Origin: Thermoplasmata archaeon
Lineage (GTDB): Archaea; Thermoplasmatota; Thermoplasmata; Lutacidiplasmatales; UBA184
DNA: 64,000 nucleotides
Assembly (NCBI GenBank): GCA_028864975.1
Contig: JAGWLG010000011.1
Span: 1 to 64,000 of the forward strand
Reading direction: 5' to 3'
Below the pieces are notes generated by a model. That model was not told where the DNA came from, made no database searches, and was given only the letters and a program-made list of their open reading frames with translations. A program made the translations under genes and the position numbers. This document shows, piece after piece, positions 55,743 through 64,000 of the stretch; within the stretch, counting starts at the first letter, position 1, and each line of letters opens with the position of its first letter.

Positions 55743-56529
55743 GGACGAGCTCGCTCTCGGGCGGGTCCGTGAGGGCCTTCGGCCGATGCGCCAGACCTTC
55801 ACCGTGGTCGATGGCGGTCGAAGGGTCCGCCTTCGCGTGTCCAGGGTCGGGGTTGGTGCCCTCCTCACCAGGTACGGCCGGTTCTACCAGAGCGAGTTCG
55901 AGGTCTCGGACCGCTGGCGTCGCTACGCGGTCCTCTCTCCGGGAGAGCTCGGCGAGCGGCTCCTTCCGAGGCTCGACCGGGGGAGGGCGCTCCCCCTTCG
56001 GATCGATTCGGGATGCGACACGGGACAGACAGGGGGCGACCTGACCTGCGACTGCCGAGCGCAGCTTGACCGGTCCCTCCAGAGGATGGCGCGGCGCCAC
56101 CGGGGCTTTGTGATCCGCGTCCCGGAGCAAGAGGGGAAGGGGTGGGGTCTCCACCACAAGCTCGCAGCGCATTGGCTGCAGGAGCAGCTTGGCATCAGCA
56201 ACCTGGAAGCGGTGAGCCGACTCGACCCGGGAGCGGAGCTCGACCAGCGGACGTACGGGGGCGTGGCGGCCGTGCTCAGGTCCCTCGGGGTTCCCGTGGG
56301 GGCTCGCCTCCAGCTGATGACGAACAACCCGGAGAAGGTCCGTGGCCTGGAGGCGAACGGCTTCCGCGTGGTCCGGGAGCCTCTGGTCATCCGTCCGACG
56401 CCGTTGACCCGCCTCAACCTCATGGCGAAGCAGCGGGTCCTCCACCACATCGGGCTGGTCCCGGAGGAGAAGGAGGAGCGTCGGAACGCGGCTGGGGACG
56501 CGAGGACCCGAGTTCCGATCACGGCGTGA
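55717..56529 (+). CDS. GTP cyclohydrolase II (RibA)-like protein with divergent active site
   Basis: Zn motif CDTGQTGGDLTCDC (Cx2Gx7CxC), QEGKGWG, DQRTY and LMTNNPEKV. Start overlaps the aldolase stop by 26 nt. Confidence 0.82.
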   Translation: MVLPSSRPEDELALGRVREGLRPMRQTFTVVDGGRRVRLRVSRVGVGALLTRYGRFYQSEFEVSDRWRRYAVLSPGELGERLLPRLDRGRALPLRIDSGCDTGQTGGDLTCDCRAQLDRSLQRMARRHRGFVIRVPEQEGKGWGLHHKLAAHWLQEQLGISNLEAVSRLDPGAELDQRTYGGVAAVLRSLGVPVGARLQLMTNNPEKVRGLEANGFRVVREPLVIRPTPLTRLNLMAKQRVLHHIGLVPEEKEERRNAAGDARTRVPITA

Positions 56530-56641
56530 ACCTCCGCGCGGCTCGGAGCGCGCACGGGTGTGCGTGAACTTGGAGAGACTGACGAGAATAGTACTCTCCG
56601 CGGGAAGTGTTTAGGCTCCGAGCGGAGCGGGAAAGGAAAGC

Positions 56642-57133
56642 ATGCTCGCAAAGAAACCCCACCCGACGACCACGACGACCACCCTGCGGACGACCCCGGC
56701 CCGGGGTTTGTCGAACTACATGGACCAGCTCTTCGAGAACTTCCGGGAAGAAATGATGACGGGGCTCCTCCCCCGGTCGACCCTCTTCGAAGGATGGCCC
56801 AGTGGACGTTGGTTCCCTGCCCTTCTGGATGTGGAGGACAAGGGAAGCACCTACGAGATCCGCACGGACCTCCCCGGTGCCCGGAAGGACGAGATCGAGG
56901 TGAAGGTCTCGGGGCACAGCCTCCAGATCCAGGCTCAACAGACCCACGAGCTCTCCGAGGAGAGGAAGAACTACCTGTGCCACGAAAGGACCTACGGAGG
57001 ATTCGAGAGGACCGTCGATCTCCCGGAGGACGTCGTCCCGGAGAAGATCTCGGCTCAGTACAAGGACGGGGTCCTGATGGTGAGCGTCCCCAAGGCGCAC
57101 CCGGTCCCCGAAAGAAAGATCCCGGTCGGCTGA
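56642..57133 (+). CDS. Small heat-shock protein (Hsp20/alpha-crystallin)
   Basis: DLPGARKDEIEV, ERTYGGFERTVDLP, AQYKDGVLMVSVPK and a C-terminal IPV motif. Confidence 0.93.
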   Translation: MLAKKPHPTTTTTTLRTTPARGLSNYMDQLFENFREEMMTGLLPRSTLFEGWPSGRWFPALLDVEDKGSTYEIRTDLPGARKDEIEVKVSGHSLQIQAQQTHELSEERKNYLCHERTYGGFERTVDLPEDVVPEKISAQYKDGVLMVSVPKAHPVPERKIPVG

Positions 57134-57152
57134 ACCCTCGCCACCCGGGCTG

Positions 57153-57184
57153 CCCGGTCGGAGCTTATCGCCGCTCCGACCGGG
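57153..57184 (+). terminator. Strong hairpin downstream of hsp20 (terminator or processing stem)
   Basis: CCCGGTCGGAGC-TTATCGCC-GCTCCGACCGGG, a perfect 12-bp stem 20 nt after the stop. No U-tract. Confidence 0.45.
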
Positions 57185-57561
57185 GGAGGAAGGTGCAAGA
57201 TTCCCCCGCGCACACGCGACCTCGAACTTCGGGTCCGTCACCTGTCGTCCACGTGCTCACCGACATGAACGGGCCCGTTCATGGCCCCGAACGTGAGTGT
57301 CTTCCCATATGTCGAGCTCGATCGCGCAGCGCTTCTGGGGCCTCTGGCCCAGCCGCGGGACCCATGGGTCGCCGTCGGCCCCCAGTCCCCGGTCCCACCG
57401 GCGGGAAGGTGATGACCTCGAGGTCGCACTTCGTGAGGCCTTGAGAGAACTCTCGAAGGTTCGCACAGGTCCGCGGCAGAGTGTCGCGCCGTGACCTCCA
57501 GGCCACTACGTTAGCTTCGGGATCGCGACCGTTCAATTCCTACCCCCAGCATCCCCCCCGG

Positions 57562-57834
57562 ATGAGGAGCACCACGACCTTTCGCCCCGCCATGCGGTGG
57601 ATGATCGAGGCGGACGGACGGGGGTCCGAGCTCCGTGAAGGACGCTCCTGGCCTCAGACCACCCGAGCGAGTGCGCCACGCGACGTGGAACCGGCCTTCC
57701 GCGAACTGATGCGGGAGATCGAGGGCCTGCAGGACCGGACCCGTTTGAACCTGGAGATGATCCGGCTCGAGATCGGGAACGGAAAGGCCCCGGGTCCGAG
57801 GGACCGGTCGCGGGAGAGACCTCAGCCACGGTAG
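57562..57834 (+). CDS. Small hypothetical protein
   Basis: Helical segment DVEPAFRELMREIEGLQDRTRLNLEMIRLEI; fills the gap before the POR operon. Start uncertain. Confidence 0.4.
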   Translation: MRSTTTFRPAMRWMIEADGRGSELREGRSWPQTTRASAPRDVEPAFRELMREIEGLQDRTRLNLEMIRLEIGNGKAPGPRDRSRERPQPR

Positions 57835-57934
57835 CCGCTCCGGCGGAGCGCCTTCGTCGGGTCGGTGGCCCGGCTCCTCGGTGCCTCACCCGTGCGGTCG
57901 TACCGATTAGCCCCGGCCCCGCGTCGCCTCCTCG

Positions 57935-58537
57935 ATGGAGAGGTCGACGGGAGCTCCCCTTCCGGGAGGGCGGGGACTCTACGAGGTGCGTTTCCACGGT
58001 CGAGGAGGACAAGGCACGGTCATCGCCTCGGTCCTGCTCGCCGAGGCCGCCTTTCATGAGGGAAAGGGGGTCCAGGCGTTCCCTTTCTTCGGCGTCGAGC
58101 GAAGGGGAGCCCCCGTCGTCGCGCACACGCGGATCGCGGACGGACAGATCCGTCTCGCGTGCGATGTCGACCGCCCTGACGCCCTCATCGTCATGGACCC
58201 CTCGCTCATCTCGAGCGTCGCGGGGCCCTCCCTGAAGGCCTTGCGGCCCGGAGGTTTCGCCCTTCTCAATTCCTCAAGGTCGGCGAAGGAACTGGGCCTC
58301 TCGGACGTGGCCGGCCACGTCGTCTGCTTCGATGCCTCGACCATCGCCCGGGAGCACGGGCTCGGCTCCGCCGCGAGCCCCATCGTGAACACGGTCGTGC
58401 TGGGAGCGTTCTCCCGCCTTACCGGGGTCGTCTCCTGGCCCTCCCTGCGAGCTGCGATCGAAAAGAAGGTCCCCACGAAGACCGAGGCGAACATCGCCGC
58501 CGCCCAGAAGGCCTACACGGCCAAGGGGTCCCCGTGA
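57935..58537 (+). CDS. porG: 2-oxoacid:ferredoxin oxidoreductase gamma subunit
   Basis: EVRFHGRGGQG, FGVERRGAPV and NTVVLGA. Confidence 0.92.
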   Translation: MERSTGAPLPGGRGLYEVRFHGRGGQGTVIASVLLAEAAFHEGKGVQAFPFFGVERRGAPVVAHTRIADGQIRLACDVDRPDALIVMDPSLISSVAGPSLKALRPGGFALLNSSRSAKELGLSDVAGHVVCFDASTIAREHGLGSAASPIVNTVVLGAFSRLTGVVSWPSLRAAIEKKVPTKTEANIAAAQKAYTAKGSP

Positions 58538-58806
58538 CGCGTCTCGATTCCCGAGAGATCACCGTCCCCTACGCCTGGCGGTCGACGCGGGAGATCTCCT
58601 CGGCCGCCTCTTGGCGCTCCCAGCGGCCGATCCTGGAGCTCGACAAGTGCACCGGTTGCATGGTCTGCTGGAAGTTCTGTCCCGAGCCGGCGATCATCCC
58701 CGACGGGAAGAAGGTCCGGTTCGACCTCTCCGCCTGCAAGGGGTGCGGCGTCTGCGAGGAGACCTGCGCACCGAGGGCCATCCACATGGAGACGGAGGGG
58801 CTCTGA
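58534..58806 (+). CDS. porD: 2-oxoacid:ferredoxin oxidoreductase delta subunit (2x[4Fe-4S])
   Basis: WRSQRP, CTGCMVCWKFCP and CKGCGVCEETCA; GTGA overlap with the gamma subunit. Confidence 0.92.
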   Translation: MTRLDSREITVPYAWRSTREISSAASWRSQRPILELDKCTGCMVCWKFCPEPAIIPDGKKVRFDLSACKGCGVCEETCAPRAIHMETEGL

Positions 58807-59984
58807 TGGCGGCGGAACTGCTGAGCGGGAACCAGGCCGTGGGGGAGGCCGTCCGCCTCGCCAAGGCCCAGGTCGTCTCCGCCTATCCCATCACGCCGCA
58901 GACCACGATCGTGGAACATCTGGCGGAGCTCATCGGTTCACGCCGTCTCGCTGCGGACTACATCACCGTCGAGAGCGAGCACTCCGCGATGGCCGCGTGC
59001 ATCGGGGCCTCCCTTGCGGGCGCGAGGACCTTCACGGCGACCTCCAGCCAGGGCCTCGCGCTGATGCACGAGATGCTCCACTGGGCGAGCGGGCAGAGGG
59101 CTCCGATCGTCATGGCCAACGTCAACCGGGCGCTGGCGCCCCCATGGAACATCTGGGTCGACCACTCGGACTCGATGTCCCAGCGCGACACCGGATGGAT
59201 CCAGCTCTACGCCGAGACGAACCAGGAGGCCCTCGACACGGTCCTCCAGGCCTTCCGCGTCGCCGAAGACCCGTCGATCATGCTCCCCGCGATGGTGATG
59301 CTGGACGCCTTCGTCCTCTCGCACACCTACATGCCGGTCGAGCTACCCGATGCCCGCGTCGTCGATCGCTTCCTGCCCTCGTTCTCGCCGGTCGAGAAGC
59401 TCACGCCAGGGAGCATGCAGCTCTTCGGCTCCTTCTCCCCGCCGAACCTCTGCTTCATGGAGCTGCGGTCCGCCATGGCGGAGGCCATGGGTCGGGCACG
59501 CGGGCTCCTGCTCCGGGCGAGCAAGGAGTATGCCGAGCTCACCGGTCGGCCTGCGCTCGGGCTCGTCGAGGAGTACCGCACCGAGGGCGCGGACGTGGTC
59601 CTCCTCGCCGCCGGGTCGCTGGCCGCGACGGCCCGGGACGCGGTCGACCTCCTGCAGAACGAGGGAAAGAGGGTCGGGCTCGTCCGGGTCCGGGCCTTCC
59701 GCCCGTTCCCGGAGAAGGAGGTCCGTGCCCTGGGGCGGCGGTTCGGGACCCTGGGCGTGCTCGACCGAGCCTACTCGTATGGCGCCGGGGGTCCGATCGC
59801 TTCCGAGGTACGTGCCGCCCTCTACGGGCTACCGCGTCCACCCAGGGTCGCCTCGTTCATCCTGGGGCTGGGGGGCCGGGATGTGCGACCTGACGACCTG
59901 GTGAAGCTCTATCGCCGTCTGCTCAGAGGGGAGACCCCGAAGGAAGAGTGGGTGGGGCTCCACGCACCCGCGGGAGGGACCTGA
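58806..59984 (+). CDS. porA: 2-oxoacid:ferredoxin oxidoreductase alpha subunit
   Basis: SGNQA, AYPITPQT, ESEHSAM, TSSQGL, VNRALAPP and GLGGRD. ATG overlaps the delta stop (TGATG). Confidence 0.93.
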   Translation: MAAELLSGNQAVGEAVRLAKAQVVSAYPITPQTTIVEHLAELIGSRRLAADYITVESEHSAMAACIGASLAGARTFTATSSQGLALMHEMLHWASGQRAPIVMANVNRALAPPWNIWVDHSDSMSQRDTGWIQLYAETNQEALDTVLQAFRVAEDPSIMLPAMVMLDAFVLSHTYMPVELPDARVVDRFLPSFSPVEKLTPGSMQLFGSFSPPNLCFMELRSAMAEAMGRARGLLLRASKEYAELTGRPALGLVEEYRTEGADVVLLAAGSLAATARDAVDLLQNEGKRVGLVRVRAFRPFPEKEVRALGRRFGTLGVLDRAYSYGAGGPIASEVRAALYGLPRPPRVASFILGLGGRDVRPDDLVKLYRRLLRGETPKEEWVGLHAPAGGT

Positions 59985-59986
59985 CC

Positions 59987-61120
59987 ATGGCGAAGCTCAC
60001 CCTCCCCGAGCGGGAGCTCGTCGAACCCGGTCACCTGGCCTGTCAGGGATGCGGGGCCGCGCTCGCGATGCGCCTCTTCCTGAAGGGGACGGGACCGGAC
60101 ACGGCGCTCGTCATCCCCGCCTGCTGCTGGGCCGTGATCGCGGGACCCATGCCCACGACCTGCCTCAAGGTCCCCACCGCCTTCTCCGCCTTCGAGGCGA
60201 CGGCCTCGGTCGCCTCGGGGATTAAGGCCGGCCTCCGACGGACCGGTCGCGGCGAGACGCTCGTCGCGGGGTTCGCGGGCGACGGAGGGACCGCCGATAT
60301 CGGGATCCAGGCGCTCTCGGGGGCGGCCGAGCGCAACGAGGACATGATCTACGTCTGCTACGACAACGAGGCGTACATGAACACCGGGATCCAGCGGAGC
60401 GGCTCGACGCTCCCGGGGACCTGGACGACGACCACTCCCGCCGGGGTCGGCAAGACCACCCCGAAGAAGGACATGCCCGCCATCATGGCCGCGCACGCCA
60501 TCCCGTACGTGGCCACGCTCAACCCGTCGTTCCCGGAGGACTTCGTCGCGAAGGTGAAGAAAGCCGCCTCGATGCACGGGCTGCGCTACCTGCACGTCCT
60601 GGCCGACTGCCCGACGGGGTGGAAGCACGACCCGTCGCTGATGGTGAAGGTGGGAAGGCTCGCGACCACGAGCCACCTCTGGCCCCTCTACGAGGTCGTC
60701 GAGGGCGCCTACCGCGTGACCTGGGAGCCGTCGAATCCGACCCCGCTCGAGGAGTATCTCAAACTGCAAGGACGCTTCGCGGGGATGAGCCCCGCCGAGG
60801 TGGCATCGTTGAAGAAGATGGTAGAGGAACGGTGGAAGGCGCTGAAAGCACGAACCACGACGGGGACCTTGGCGACGGGGAGCTCTCCGCCCTCGTCGGC
60901 CACCGTGGCACCGGTGCCGTCTGCCCCGAGTCCTCGGGCTCCCGCCCCTGCATCGACCTCCAAGATGGGTCCTCCGGCCATTTCCGCCACCTCGAGGGCG
61001 GAGGCGGCCGAACTGCCGCTCTGCTACAAGACGGCGAAGCGTTGCGATGGGAGCTGTGGGATGCTCCAACCGGGAGGACTATGCTGGGAGCTCTTCGCGT
61101 TGGGGCCCAGGCACTTCTGA
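59987..61120 (+). CDS. porB: 2-oxoacid:ferredoxin oxidoreductase beta subunit with C-terminal Cys4 extension
   Basis: GHLACQGCG, PACC, TPP motif GDGGTADIG...YDNEAYMNTG and DCPTGW, followed by a low-complexity linker and Cx6Cx3Cx8C. Confidence 0.92.
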   Translation: MAKLTLPERELVEPGHLACQGCGAALAMRLFLKGTGPDTALVIPACCWAVIAGPMPTTCLKVPTAFSAFEATASVASGIKAGLRRTGRGETLVAGFAGDGGTADIGIQALSGAAERNEDMIYVCYDNEAYMNTGIQRSGSTLPGTWTTTTPAGVGKTTPKKDMPAIMAAHAIPYVATLNPSFPEDFVAKVKKAASMHGLRYLHVLADCPTGWKHDPSLMVKVGRLATTSHLWPLYEVVEGAYRVTWEPSNPTPLEEYLKLQGRFAGMSPAEVASLKKMVEERWKALKARTTTGTLATGSSPPSSATVAPVPSAPSPRAPAPASTSKMGPPAISATSRAEAAELPLCYKTAKRCDGSCGMLQPGGLCWELFALGPRHF

Positions 61121-61189
61121 CGGCCGTACGGCCTTCCCCACGGGTCTGAACTAGCCCGGAGATGCGGCTGTCCCACGAGAAGCTCTGAG

Positions 61190-61507
61190 CTAGGCCACTT
61201 GGGCCCGAAGGTCATCGAGCTCCCGGACGACATCCACGCGAAGCCCCATTTCGACGACGCGCTGGTCCACGGTCCGGATGTCCGCCTTTAACTCGCTCCG
61301 AAGGGAGTCGATCTTCAGGTCCACCCTAGCGATATCGCTCTTCGTGGTGCCCTCGACGCGCGCCACATCCGAGCGAAGCGCCGCGAGCTCTCCCCGAACG
61401 GCGGTGATCTCCCCCCGAACGCCCGCGAGTTCTCCCTTGATCTCGCTCAGCTTGGGCAGCAGGAGCCGCTCGAGCCACCCCGGGACCTTCTCCACCGCTG
61501 CTCCCAC
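61190..61507 (-). CDS. Small coiled-coil protein
   Basis: VPGWLERLLLPKLSEIKGELAGVRGEI... heptad repeats. GGAG SD precedes the GTG start. Confidence 0.75.
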   Translation of the reverse strand: MGAAVEKVPGWLERLLLPKLSEIKGELAGVRGEITAVRGELAALRSDVARVEGTTKSDIARVDLKIDSLRSELKADIRTVDQRVVEMGLRVDVVRELDDLRAQVA

Positions 61508-61861
61508 CGTCGCTCCTACCAGGCCTCTGCCTCCTCTTCAAGCCGCAGTCTTCGCGCATCACGCCACGAACGGCTCCAAAAGCCGAAGGAGACCTGGGCG
61601 CAGCGTGTAAGGTGCCTCGCCGGCCCGGGGGGAGATGAGAGGATAGCTTCCCCTGCTACCCCGTGACGTGAGTGAGGAATTTCGAGGAGACCTCGGGGAG
61701 AAGTCTGCGGAACTGACACGTCGAGGTTCCAAGTCGACGCGTCGTCCCGAGGCCTGCGGGACGGCACTCTGCGACCCGGACCCGACGGTCCCCCTACATC
61801 TCACTCACGAGGCGAAAACGAGGGACGTGAAGCCCCCGAGGGTTCGGATATCGCGACTCGT

Positions 61862-62278
61862 TTACGGGAGTCCAGGGACCCAGAGAGTTTCTGAGAGCCC
61901 TTCGAAATGGGCATCTCCGGTCGCGACCCGGGTCCCGAAGCGCCGCGCCGTTGCGAGGACAACCCCGTCGCCCAGGCCCGGGAGGGGGGACTTGCGCGAA
62001 CGCGCCCGGGACCGAAGCTCGTCGGCGGCGCGCGCCCCTTCGACAGCAAGGGCAGGGTCGGTCGGGATCACGTAGGTGAAGACCCCCACTTGGGCCAGGT
62101 CCTGGAGCACCTGGGCGTCGGGTCTTCCCTTTCGGCGGCCGAACGCGGCGAGCTCGGCCAGGACGAGGGCCGGGCAGACGCAGAAGTCCGCCTGCTCGAT
62201 CTGCTGACGGACCTTCCGGCCCATCTCCGTGCCCTCCAGCAGCTCGACCCACGCCCATGAGTCAATCGTGAGATTCAA
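61862..62278 (-). CDS. vapC: PIN-domain toxin (VapC family)
   Basis: Acidic PIN tetrad in IDSWAW, LAEL, GDGVVLATA and TGDAHF. Confidence 0.88.
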   Translation of the reverse strand: MNLTIDSWAWVELLEGTEMGRKVRQQIEQADFCVCPALVLAELAAFGRRKGRPDAQVLQDLAQVGVFTYVIPTDPALAVEGARAADELRSRARSRKSPLPGLGDGVVLATARRFGTRVATGDAHFEGLSETLWVPGLP

Positions 62279-62468
62279 GGCGGTCCGCCTCCGTGAAGGG
62301 CCCCACCCTCTTCCAGCTCCCCTGGAGCTTGTCCAGCGCCCTCGACCGACGCTCCTTCAGCAGCCGGCGAATCGTCTCCTCTGCGGTAGTTGTGTGGTAA
62401 ACCTCTCGGAGGTGCTCGAGGTCCCTCAGCGTGGCGCGTGAGACTCGGACGGAAGTCAGGGCTGCCAT
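62262..62468 (-). CDS. vapB: Putative antitoxin (VapB, ribbon-helix-helix-like)
   Basis: TSVRVSRATLRDLEHLR...AEETIRRLL; 68 aa; overlaps the PIN gene start by 17 nt. Confidence 0.75.
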   Translation of the reverse strand: MAALTSVRVSRATLRDLEHLREVYHTTTAEETIRRLLKERRSRALDKLQGSWKRVGPFTEADRLESHD

Positions 62469-62667
62469 GGCGTACGCATGCACGCATGCGTCTCAAGAGT
62501 TGCGCGGGCCGTCCTCGGACAACGATGACATTGTGCCGGGAGTTCCTCGATGTCATGGTCATGGAACCCACCTTTGCAACATCCCGGCTTGGCGGTCGGT
62601 GGTCTGGGGCGCGTATCCTGGTATTCGAACCTGCGAGGCGCCGGTAAGGCACCGGTCCCCCCCTGGG

Positions 62668-64000
<1,333 letters not shown>

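Noticed and set aside
55717-56529. Canonical ribA / riboflavin operon
   Set aside because: No ribB, ribD, ribE or ribH neighbours, and key active-site residues differ.
56660-56695. ACC/ACG repeat giving a poly-Thr run at the Hsp20 N-terminus
   Set aside because: A short imperfect coding low-complexity run, with no sign of phase variation.
52072-62500. Integrative element inserted at tRNA-Pro (or tRNA-Thr)
   Set aside because: No duplicate of either tRNA 3' end and no integrase or transposase found in the window. The downstream genes include core POR subunits.

Overview
GC-rich archaeal chromosomal segment, most likely from an uncultured Thermoplasmata lineage. The archaeal assignment rests on LonB, Orc1/Cdc6, archaeal-type MAT, ArcTGT, NadM, NreA, Kae1, GGR and the four-subunit 2-oxoacid:ferredoxin oxidoreductase; the narrower taxonomy is inference. 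Most of the window is housekeeping: a partial cystathionine gamma-lyase plus CBS, tRNA modification, SerRS, FolD, DNA repair, a P-type ATPase, Ser/Thr-rich surface proteins and two tRNAs (Thr-CGT, Pro-CGG). I found no rRNA, CRISPR array, transposase or integrase. The most striking block is a compact four-gene operon at 53.66-56.53 kb, preceded by a 20-bp inverted repeat: the methanofuran furan synthase MfnB, a TusA-like sulfur carrier, a divergent DapA-family class I aldolase, and a GTP cyclohydrolase II-like enzyme with altered catalytic residues. This combination matches no pathway I recognise and may make an undescribed cofactor or metabolite. Other oddities: a PDT-CM fusion without ACT, a POR beta subunit with an extra Cys4 tail, a PDO that has lost its C-terminal CxxC, a nuclease-less Hef, an ANT(6)-like gene beside tRNA-Pro, two paralogous alpha-barrel proteins, several Cys-rich microproteins and a candidate structured RNA. 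All calls are by-eye motif recognition; no database search was run.
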